A stretch of DNA of 63,060 nucleotides, counting the filler, from an uncultured Chlamydiae bacterium (GTDB lineage Bacteria > Chlamydiota > Chlamydiia > Chlamydiales > SM23-39): NCBI GenBank assembly GCA_937899275.1. It is 5 parts of 5 records of this genome, joined end to end, with 100 filler letters (N's around TTAATTAATTAA, not from the genome) between each part and the next. Parts side by side here need not be neighbours in the genome. Positions count along the whole stretch, not along the records: positions 40,133 to 52,498 come from CALBPE010000049.1; positions 52,599 to 63,060 come from CALBPE010000051.1; 3 more parts are not named here. One strand, given 5' to 3'. The translations under genes were made by a program, and so were the position numbers. Under the pieces are notes generated by a model. That model worked only from the letters and a program-made list of their open reading frames with translations, searched no databases and was not told the origin of the DNA. Shown piece after piece: positions 51,701 to 61,738 of the stretch (position 1 is its first letter; the number at the start of each line of letters is the position of its first letter).

Positions 51701-52498
51701 AAACTTTTTCCTCATTTTTACTGCATGCAGCCATAGATGAAAAAAAATGGGTTGTAGATCAGTGCGTTTTAGATGATTTTTCCACCTCTTTTTCTTGGGA
51801 ATATGGCAAAGGCATTTCTGCAATAGAGCTTTTTTACGATCAAGAAAGCATTGCCCTTTTTGATGTACAGGAAAAAGAGCCAGGGGCATTTTCTGCTCAT
51901 GTGCAAAAAATTGCCCTTTCAACTAAGCATTTAGATCTTTTGCTGCCGTGGGAAAAGGCGCTTTCTGGCGCCGTGCTCGCTTCGGGATACGCCTCTTTTC
52001 GCCTACCGCAGAAAGAGAAAAAACCCTATTTTGATCTAGACTTAGATATCGAGCCTGAGACCTTAGTATGGGAAAATACATGGGAGTGTCATAACCTTTC
52101 TCAGATTCATGTATCGTATTCCTTAGAAAAAGGGTTATTGATTACAGGTCTTGATTTTAGCGCGGTTAGCCCCACTTTAGACCGAGATGATTTGCGATGT
52201 CAAATTGGGTCTATTGCTTATGATAAAGGAGAGTATTTTTTACATGACGTATCTTTTTACGTGCCGCAAGATGGGCTTTTGCCTTTAGTAAAACCTCTAG
52301 GATTGCCCCCACTCTTAGAAGCCCGGCTAAAAGATGTGGCCTTTGCAAGAGACGTCAATATTTTGGCTGATGTGCATATTGAAGAAACAGGTAAAAAGCT
52401 TTCTTGTACGCTGAGCGAGCTATCTATTCCCATTGGAGAAGATGCGTATCTATTTGAAAATGTGACCTGTTTACTAGCCGATCAGCTCTGCAGCTGCG
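48796..52498 (+). CDS. Large membrane-anchored beta-rich protein (AsmA/TamB-like), 3'-truncated
   Basis: N-terminal TM anchor and more than 1,200 aa of alternating beta-strand pattern. Follows gcvH. Family is inferred. Confidence 0.55.
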
Positions 52499-52598
52499 NN
52501 NNNNNNNNNNNNNNNNNNNNNNNNNNNNNNNNNNNNNNNNNNTTAATTAATTAANNNNNNNNNNNNNNNNNNNNNNNNNNNNNNNNNNNNNNNNNNNN
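52499..52598. other. Artificial contig spacer
   Basis: N44-TTAATTAATTAA-N44. Confidence 0.99.
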
Positions 52599-52599
52599 C

Positions 52600-55500
52600 G
52601 ATTTTTCGTTTAACCATCCAAGAGGTATGTGTGCAACATGCCACGGCCTCGGTCTTTCTAGAGAATTTTTCCTCGATAAAATCATCGATAAAAATCAGTC
52701 CATTGCCGAGGGATGTTGTAAAATCGGAGGAGCGTACAACACTGTACGCTATGGTAATATTTACCGTAACTTAGCCAAAATTTATGGGTTTTCTGTACAA
52801 ACTCCTTGGCATAAGCTACCGAAAAAAGCGCAAGATGTCTTTTTATACGGCACAGAAAAAAAATGGACAAAGATGCGTTTTTCCCATCCAGAAAGGCCGC
52901 GAAGTTGGACGGAATTTGTCCATTGGAGAGGGGTGATTTTTGATGCAAAGCAGAGGCTTTTAGAAGCAAAATCAGACCGTTACCGGAAGAAAATGGAAGA
53001 ATTCATGGAGCTTTCTACCTGCTCTTCTTGTGCAGGAGAAAGGTTAAAGCCGTATCCAAGAGCGGCGCTGCTTGGGGGGAAATCTCTTTTTGTCCTTACG
53101 GAGATGCCGCTATTTGCTCTAGCAGAATTTTTCACTAACTTGAGCCTATCGAAAGAAGATTTTTGCATTGCAGAAGAGCTTCTTAAAGAGATCAAAAAAC
53201 GGATCGATTTTCTTCTTCAAGTAGGGCTCAGCTACCTTACCTTAAACCGCACTTCTCCGACATTATCAGGAGGTGAGGCGCAAAGGGTGCGTTTAGCATC
53301 GCAAATCGGCTCAGGTCTTGTAGGAGCAACCTACGTACTCGATGAGCCTTCCATTGGCCTCCATCCAGAGGATCATACCAAGCTCATTCAAACGCTAAAA
53401 CACCTTCGCGACTTAGGCAATACGGTTCTTGTAGTAGAACATGACCCAGATACCATAGCTGCGGGAGACACCATCATCGATATTGGCCCCAAAGCAGGCT
53501 GTTTAGGGGGAGAAGTGTTAGTAAACGGCTCTTATGAAGAGCTATTAGCATCTCCCCGCTCGCTTACCGGGCAGTATCTTTCAGGAAAAAAACAGCTCCC
53601 TTTTGCAAAATCTGCCCGTAAATTAAAAAAAGGGATCCGTATCGTAGGAGCTAAGCACCACAACTTAAAAAATATCGATGTATCGATTCCTTTAGGCGGG
53701 CTAATCTGCGTTACAGGGGTTTCGGGTTCGGGAAAATCCTCTCTTATATCAGATATTTTATATCCCGCCTTAAGCCAAAGGCTACATAACGGAAAAATGC
53801 CTATAGGCGCCCATACAAAAATCGAAGGTCTTGAGCGGGTAGACAAGGTGATTCATATCGATCAGTCTCCGATTGGCAGAACTCCTAGGTCAAATCCCGC
53901 AACATATATCAAGGTGTTTGACCTCATACGAGATCTTTTTACCTCCTTAAAAGAAAGCCAAATCAAAGGTCTTACCAAGGGGCATTTTAGCTTCAACGTA
54001 AAAGAAGGCTCCTGTCCAAGCTGTTTAGGATCGGGACAAATCCGCTTGGATATGGATTTTATGGAAGATGTATGGATCCCCTGCCAGCACTGCCGAGGCA
54101 AGCGTTTTCAACCTGAAGTGCTATCTGTTTCTTACAGAGGAAAAAATATTTATGAAGTGCTCGAAATGAGCGTTTTAGAAGCAAAAAGCCATTTTTCTAA
54201 CCTCTCTTCTATCGAAAAAAAACTCAGCCTACTTGAAAAAGTGGGTTTAAGCTACATGAAACTCGGTCAAAGCTCTCCTACTTTATCAGGGGGTGAAGCG
54301 CAGCGTATTAAGCTCACAAAAGAGCTGATCCGTCCCCAAACCGGAAACACCCTTTATATTTTAGATGAGCCTACAACCGGCCTTCACCTAGATGATCTAT
54401 CGCACCTTCTGTATGTGCTCCACTCGCTTGTCGATAAGGGAAATACCGTGGTTGTGATTGAACACAACATGGATTTTATCCAAACAGCTGATTGGATTAT
54501 TGACCTCGGCCCTAAAGCAGGCATACATGGAGGATCACTTGTAGGAGAGGGCCCTGTCAAAAAGGTTCAAAAACAAGATACTCCCACGGGAAGAGCCCTT
54601 AGAAAACCTTTGAGTAAATGCTCTACAAAAGCGCCTTCTCTCAAGCACAATCTACCGATTACCATTCGGGGAGCAAGGCAAAATAATTTAAAAAACATCG
54701 ATCTTTCTCTCAATCCAAAAGAGCTGATTGTATTTACAGGACCCTCTGGTTCTGGAAAAACCTCTATGGCCCTACAAACCATCTATGCGGAAGGGCAAAG
54801 GCGCTATGTAGAATCTCTTAGCACCTATAGTAAAAGCCTGATTCATCCTCCACCGAAACCTAAGGTGGATGCAATTGAACACCTTTTTCCCTCGATCGCA
54901 ATAGAGCAAACAAAATCAGCGGTAAATCCCCGCTCTACTATCGGTACTCTCACAGAAATTTACGATCTTCTACGGATTTTTTACGCGCATTTTGGCTGCG
55001 CATTTTCTCCAGAAACGGGCGAGAAAATCGAGATGATCCATAAAGAGCTTGTAGTAGAAAAGCTTTTAGAAACCTATCCTGAAGAAAAAATCTACATTTT
55101 AGCTCCCTTGAAAATGGTTCGTAAAGTTCCGGTTTCTGCACTAAAAGTTATGCTGCAAGCACAATGCTATATCCGTATTCGCTTAAATGGGGTGTAGTTT
55201 GAGCTAGACCAAGACATCCCTTTTTCTCACCAAAGAAAAAATGCGCTGTATATCGTAGTAGATCGTCTAATCTTGAAAAAAAACCAGGCGCCCCGGTTAT
55301 TAGAAGCAATGCAAAAAGCAGCCGATCTTAGCGGCGATACGTTCCTTGCAGAAATCCCGGGAAAGGAAAAAGATCTTTTTTTCAACCTCGCTTTTGCCGA
55401 TCCTACAACGGGTAAATCCTATCCTAAGATCACCCCACAAACCTTTTCATTCAATGCGCAAGAAGGGATGTGTTTAGATTGCCAAGGGATAGGATCGGTT

Positions 55501-57444
55501 TATGGCTGCTCTTTACTCGAACAAAAAGAGGTGGAAGGTGCATCTATCTCCCAACTACTTTCCTCTCTTATTTTATATGATCGCAATGTATCTCTTCTCA
55601 TCCAAAGCTATTTTGAAGATATCGGAATCGATATATACACACCAATTTATGCGCTGACTGCAGAAGAAAAACAGATTCTTTTTCAAGGAACAAACCAGAC
55701 CATTTCCCTAAAAGAAGGAGGGAAAATCCGCTGGCAAGGAAGCGATATTATCCTAGCTGTTGCCGCATAATCTGCCCACCCTCATATCCGAGAAATACGC
55801 TCTTGTTTGATGTATGAAAACCCCTGCTCATATTGTAGTGGTACGCGCCTCAATCCTCTTGCTAGAAATGTCCGTATAGAAGGAAAAACTCTCCCTGATT
55901 TTTGCGCTCTTCCCATGGAAAAAGCAGAAGAGTTTCTACGGGGTTTCGAAGAAAAAATCCCTCCTTTTTTAGCTGAAACCTATGCAGAAATCCAAAAGCG
56001 GTTTCGATTTATCCTTCAAATTGGTTTAGGGTATCTTTCGTTAAATAGAAAAGCGCCTAGCCTATCAGGTGGAGAGCTCCAAAGGATTCGTCTGGCAAAA
56101 CAGTTAGGCTCTGGCCTTACTTCCTGCCTCTATGTGCTAGATGAGCCTACAACAGGCCTTCATCCTCATAATAACCAACTGCTCAATGACGCCCTTCTCC
56201 AGCTAAAATCTCTTGGCAACACCTTGATTATTGTAGAACACGATCCCATGACGATAGCTATTGCTGATACCATCGTCGATTTTGGTCCAGGAGCAGGTCA
56301 TCTAGGAGGGAAAATCACCGCAAAAGGCTCACTTGAAGAAATCAAAAAAAATCCCCATTCGCTGACCGGCGCTTATTTACGGAAAGAAAAGTCGATTCCC
56401 GTACCAAAAGTAAGAAAAAAAGGCGTTCCTACAATTCATATAAAAAAAGCGCGGATCCACAATTTACAAAATCTTTCCTTAAGCCTACCTAAAGGGGCGT
56501 TTACCTGCATTACAGGGGTATCGGGATCTGGTAAAACATCATTAATCCACCACGTATTAAAACCTGCTTTACTGCAGGCAATGAAAGAAAAAAAAGATCA
56601 TATCGTATCTGATGGCTATGAAGTATCGGGCCTTAGCGCATTTGATAAACTCATTGCAATTGATCAAAATGTCTTTAAAGTATCTCCTAAATCTGACACC
56701 GCATCGTATAGCGATGTGCTGACACCTATCCGCTCTTTTTACGCTTCGTTAAAAGAAGCAAAAGCCAAAGGACTCCTTCCCTACCACTTTAGCTACCATC
56801 ATAAAAAAGGTTTGTGTAAGACCTGTAACGGCCTGGGGTATAAAACAGTTGACCTGCAGTTTTTACCTGCCGTTCATGTTCCTTGTGAAAGCTGCAAGGG
56901 CTATAAACTCAATCCCAAAGCTCTTGACGTTAGGTATAAAGACAAACATGTAGGGCATGTGTTGCAGCTGAGCGTAGATGAAGCGGCCGAGTTTTTTGCC
57001 TCCATCCCTAAGATTCTGCGTAAGCTACGTCTATTACAAAAAGTGGGGTTAGGCTACCTTCTTTTAGGACAGGCGATTTTATCGCTTTCTGGTGGGGAAA
57101 CAGCGCGCATCCGTCTTGCAAAAGAGCTAGCTAAGCGCTCTACGGGAAAAACTCTTTATTTGGTAGATGAGCCGACTACAGGGCTTCATACAGACGATAT
57201 TGCAAAACTGCTTCCGATTTTTCAAGAACTTGTCGACAAAAAAAATACGGTTATTGCCATCGAGCATAATATTGATTTCATCAAAACAGCAGATTACATC
57301 GTTGATATGGGACCTGGTGCAGGAGAGCATGGCGGCAAAGTCATCGCTGTTGGAACCCCTGAAAAAATCGCAAAAGAAAAGCGCTCTTTTACCGGAAGAT
57401 ACCTAGATTTTTCTAAAAAAACACCTTCCGTATCTCGATCTTAA
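52600..57444 (+). CDS. uvrA: Excinuclease ABC subunit A, chlamydial double-length form; 5'-truncated, two in-frame stops
   Basis: Three ORFs in one frame separated by TAG 55195-55197 and TAA 55768-55770. Four LSGGE signatures, three Walker A motifs, multiple CxxC fingers. Confidence 0.93.
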
Positions 57445-57511
57445 ACAAGCATGAAAATCTTGCGCTTTCGCTAAAGAAAAGGTACACTTCAGTTAACAGG
57501 TAAGGAGTTTT

Positions 57512-57880
57512 ATGAGCGCACCTCAAATGTCTCGACAAAAAGCGCATTCTATTTCTTTTGGGCTTTTTGTCATCGGTATCGGTATTTTATTTCTTTTTCA
57601 AAGCTGGTGGCCAAGCATTGCTTTAGTAGTAGGTATTCCTATTGCTGTACGGCAGTATTTGCTGGGAAAAATATTTGATATGATCGCATCCCTTGTGATT
57701 TTTATTGGTATATTTCTTACAGTAGAGTTTCATTTTGAATCAAAATGGTATCTACCCGTTCTTTTCATTACCGGAGGACTGTATTTGGTGTTTAGAGAAA
57801 TTTTTGGGGGATCAAGTGTAACCGAGTCAGAAAGAGAGCAAGATATCAACCGGGAAATAGAAGAAGACAAAGAGCCTTAG
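57512..57880 (+). CDS. Small four-TM membrane protein
   Basis: AAGGAG RBS, GLFVIGIGILF..WWPSI.., acidic tail. Confidence 0.75.
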   Translation: MSAPQMSRQKAHSISFGLFVIGIGILFLFQSWWPSIALVVGIPIAVRQYLLGKIFDMIASLVIFIGIFLTVEFHFESKWYLPVLFITGGLYLVFREIFGGSSVTESEREQDINREIEEDKEP

Positions 57881-58431
57881 AAACTATGCGCGCCGTTTGG
57901 AAAATGCTCTTTTGCTCTTTCTAAAATACGCGATTCATCTAAATCAATCCTTCCAAATTTTTTACCTTGAGCCTTCATGATTGCAATTAAAGCATCATAA
58001 GATAGCCATTCAATTGTACTATCACCTTCCGGATCATCTGCTTCGCGAAGAGAGGGATCAAACTTTTTTAACCTACAAGCAATATAGAGCGTTGTTTTTT
58101 CAAAGGTAACCCCCTCACCTGGCACATCTCCTGAAAGAGCGCCTAAAAAACCTAAAGGTTCTGCAGTAGCGCCAAATTCTTCCATAAGTCCTCTATGCAA
58201 AGTATCCATAGGAGTCTCTCCATTTTCCATACTTTCGCGCATTAAAATATACAGATCTTTTTCTCCAAATTTATCGATAAAATGATGGCAGGCAATCGAT
58301 CCCTGATCATTAAAAAGAACAGCGCCTACAGAAATGTGGTAAGGCAAAAACACATTAGATTTAAAAAAGGGTCTAGATGCAGATAAAATATTCATATTAA
58401 AAACTAAGGTGATTATAAGCCACTTTATCAT
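57877..58431 (-). CDS. NUDIX hydrolase
   Basis: SVGAVLFN and a degenerate Nudix box ESMENGETPMDTLHRGLMEEFG. AAGGAG RBS. Confidence 0.85.
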   Translation of the reverse strand: MIKWLIITLVFNMNILSASRPFFKSNVFLPYHISVGAVLFNDQGSIACHHFIDKFGEKDLYILMRESMENGETPMDTLHRGLMEEFGATAEPLGFLGALSGDVPGEGVTFEKTTLYIACRLKKFDPSLREADDPEGDSTIEWLSYDALIAIMKAQGKKFGRIDLDESRILERAKEHFPNGAHSF

Positions 58432-58946
58432 AGATACTCCTTGAAAATTTTTCGATAAAAAAATCTAATTTTATAAAAAAACCAAATTACCAAAAGTAGA
58501 GCGCAAAGCCTCTTCCTTCAGGTGAGGATGTAGAGCTCACCTAATTTCCTGCTGTTGTCCAATTTAAGACAATAAGGATAAAAAATCTCTTTGTGGAAAA
58601 AAGTTTAGCTGCAGTTTTCCGATCCGCATATATAGTATTTCCCCCTGAAAAAGTAAGCTGCTTGGAGAGCTGAACGCTAAGATTGATCCAAGAGGGTAAA
58701 AGACGCTCCTTTTATTTCAGAATCTCCACCACGGTTTTTTAATCTGACTTGGACCTACAAGGCGCGAGGTACGTTCTTCTCCGTGACTTTTGGAGATAAC
58801 GTAAAGAATTTAGAAGCATTGATAAATGCTTTGTACATTATAAATCATCCTAACCTACTGTTCATCAGTAAGATGAAGATGTTTTGCTCTAGAAAAAATG
58901 CAGAAATCAATTGAATAAATATAATACAAAATTATTATAAATACTA

Positions 58947-58975
58947 TTGATTAAATATAAAAATTATAATAAAAT
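58947..58975 (+). promoter_or_regulatory. Putative sigma66 promoter, array gene 1
   Basis: TTGATT-17 nt-TAAAAT(ATTAT), about 30 nt upstream of ATG 59006. Confidence 0.6.
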
Positions 58976-59005
58976 ATTATCTAATCAACAATCCTGCAGA
59001 TTATT

Positions 59006-60606
59006 ATGACACAAACAGCTAATGCATTAAATAATCACCCTTTACCCACCACCACTCCAATTCCAGCAGGCTCCAAAACACGGAGATGCCCGTCAATTCA
59101 AGCTATTTTCCAGAGATTATTCAACGCGAACCCGCTTTTTTTTCAACTACTCAACCCGAAAACTGCGTATTTATTCTGCAAAAGAGTATTTTTTGGCCCA
59201 ATTAACGTGATTCAGCCAAGACCAAAAATAGCTGTAAAAGATATACCTCAACGGACATTCGAAATCATCGTTGAATATATGGATTTTCGAAGCTTACGTC
59301 TACTCGAACAAGCAGGTATAGTACAGCAAAAAAGTGCAATGAAATGGCTCGAAAAAAACTTTCATTACGATCCTAAAAAGGATCAAGAGATTCTAACCGT
59401 AGACCAGTTTGTAAAGCGCCAAGCGCTTTTTGCAATGAAATGGGTACATTGGATACCGCATGATCTTCTCGTATACAAGACCTCAGAGTGGCAGGCAATA
59501 TGGCGAGACGGACCACGGGAAATCGCTCCTGAACTAACATTTTTGAATTTATCCAAATTAACACAAACAGAACTAGTCAGGTTCTATCAACACAGCCTGG
59601 AATACAACAAAAGTTTGATAAATGAACGTGGTCCTAAATTAGAAAAAACCCTCAGGCATGCAAGACAGTTTTATGCATGTGTTTCGAGCATGCGTGAAAT
59701 AGAATTGCAGGAAGCTCAAAAAGTAATCGATTTTTTTCTAGATTTTGTGGAGGAGCTCATTCCAGACTGTATTAAATATGGTATCGAAGGTAATTTAGCT
59801 GCTTTTTTTGCTATGCTACCAGCAAAAAATCTGCAAGCTAAGGCAGGCCGCTATATTCAAATCGCTATTAATAATAGTTCTGATGAAGATCCACAGTCGA
59901 TTCGTATTTTGGAAATTGTACTAAGGCACGCAAAAAATCATTTAATGAAAAACGAAAGGATAATGGCACCAATTACCTTTCTTGTTACCGCTGCAGAAAA
60001 AGGCAGCAAATCGGCAAAAAATGCTCTTACATCTGCAGGTATTCATTGGCCCAAAGAATACCGCAAATTGCGCATTCAATTTGAAGGCAAAAGAGATGGC
60101 TCGCAAACATAGATAGCTCGGATTTCCTGCATTTATGCACATGGAATTTACGTATGCATCCAGATATGCAATATAGAAAAACAAAAAAACTATTCAGTAA
60201 AATACCGAATCCCAATCTAGTGAAAGATGGCCAAACGCCTCTTGGAGCAGCAATTTTCTTTAGAAAGCTAGGCGTCGCAAAAGCGCTAATTGAAGATCCA
60301 GATATAGATGTAAATCTTACGCATCAAGGTAAAGCTCCTCCTTTACATGTTGCAGTACAGTCGTTTCTAAGTCTCAAAGCAAGACACCCTAAAATCATCC
60401 AAAAACACGCATCTCTCATCTTACAGCCTCTTAAAAAAGGAGCCGATATCTATGCAAAAAACACAGCCGATCAGACTGTAGTACAGTACGCTGCTTCTCA
60501 ATACGCTACTTCTCAAGGCAAAAGTCCTGCTGCAAAATGGCTTCTTACTGTATTTAAAGAGAGGATCATCAAAAAGAAAGCTAGCATTCCAGATGAAAAA
60601 TCGTAG
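59006..60606 (+). pseudogene. Leader + F-box-like + ankyrin-repeat protein split by one frameshift (ORFs 59006..60112 and 60154..60606)
   Basis: F-box-like VKDIPQRTFEIIVEYMDFRSLRLL and ankyrin motifs DGQTPLGAA, PPLHVAV, KGADIYAKN. The second ORF's frame is open back to 60085, overlapping the first ORF's end. Confidence 0.7.
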
Positions 60607-60831
60607 TAGATACTATGCAAAAATAGGCATCTAGATATAAAAATAGATTTCTCATAGTTTAAAATCTATAAGCTGCTTTTTATCAACAAGATAAGAACAT
60701 TTTTTCTTTTCTTCTATTGCCAAAAAACGTCCAATAAAATCACTCTATTTTATTCATCAATAGTTATGCAAAAATTTTCAAAATTAATTAAATAATTACA
60801 AGAATAAAATACAGTTATAAATATTTAAATA

Positions 60832-60860
60832 TTGATTTTATATAAAAAATAGTTTAAAAT
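60832..60860 (+). promoter_or_regulatory. Putative sigma66 promoter, array gene 2
   Basis: TTGATT-17 nt-TAAAAT(ATTAT), 28 nt upstream of ATG 60889. Confidence 0.6.
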
Positions 60861-60888
60861 ATTATTTAAATATAAATAAAAGAGAATT

Positions 60889-61552
60889 ATGACTATACGA
60901 ACACCACAATCAAGCGTTTTCACCTCGTGGTTCAGACTCCCAGGTAAACCACAGCCTAATAAGCCGTTACGCCACCCCAAACAACCTCCAACTCATTCTG
61001 TTATCCAACAGATATTCGAGTCAAAGACACCTTTTTTTCAGCTGCTCAACCCAAAGATAGCGTATTTATTCATCAAAACAGTATTGTTTGGTTCATTTAA
61101 GGTCATCCAGGATGCAAGCAGAAGGCAGAGCAAAGTAAAAAATCTTGCATTGCCTTTGCAAAAACCGAATAAACCCACAAGCACGGAAAAACGCCCATCT
61201 CAGCAAAAGACTCAGACCCGATTGATGGCTAAAAGAGACTCAACTAAAGCGCCCCCATCTACAAAAAGTCCGCTCGAAGCCTACTGAGATAGCCTCAGAA
61301 AAAGCCGTTAGTAATCATAAAGAAGCTATCAAACAAGCTAAACTAAAACGGCAGATGAGACAAGAAAGAGCAAAAAGGATGTTCGTAACGAAGTTGAGTA
61401 CATTCTTCGGACTAAACAAAGCACACAAGCCCCGTTCGAAATACCTGAAAGAACATTTAAAGCAAAAAGAGGTTTCTAACTCACAAGCTAAGACCGGCAA
61501 CTCTTCAGGCCCTGATAGGTGGTATAGTGCATATAATCGACTAGACATTTAA
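60889..61552 (+). pseudogene. Leader + Lys/Gln/Ser/Pro-rich protein, probably frameshifted (ORFs 60889..61287 and 61355..61552)
   Basis: Leader PFFQLLNPKIAYLFIK shared with 59006. The downstream ORF frame is open from 61226, overlapping the upstream ORF. Confidence 0.6.
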
Positions 61553-61675
61553 ACCGCGTGATTGTGTTTATTTCTTTGTATGCTTTCTTAAAAAGGAATA
61601 TTTTTTAAATCTCTATCTATTAGAAAGATAAGTAGTTTTATTTTATTAAAACTATATAATAAAACGTATATTTAA

Positions 61676-61704
61676 ATGATTTTTTTTACTAAATATGTTA
61701 TAAT
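61676..61704 (+). promoter_or_regulatory. Putative sigma66 promoter, array gene 3
   Basis: ATGATT-17 nt-TATAAT with extended -10 (TGn), 34 nt upstream of ATG 61739. Confidence 0.55.
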
Positions 61705-61738
61705 ATTAATAATAATATAATGATAAAGGGAAGATTTC

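Noticed and set aside
16016..52598. Four identical TTAATTAATTAA elements flanked by N runs
   Set aside because: Synthetic contig-joining linkers, not biological repeats. ORF ends running through them are artefacts.
790..55770. Stop-codon reassignment or readthrough suggested by in-frame stops
   Set aside because: The internal stops are a mix of TAA, TAG and TGA, all three terminate normal genes here, and they cluster with other substitutions. Error or decay explains them better.
453..57406. Many short antisense or overlapping ORFs in the track (e.g. 8428..8856, 9013..9405, 40208..40630)
   Set aside because: They are shadows of well-supported genes, with no recognisable motifs.
52600..57444. 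Fused double UvrA as a novelty
   Set aside because: Double-length UvrA is an established feature of Chlamydiae.
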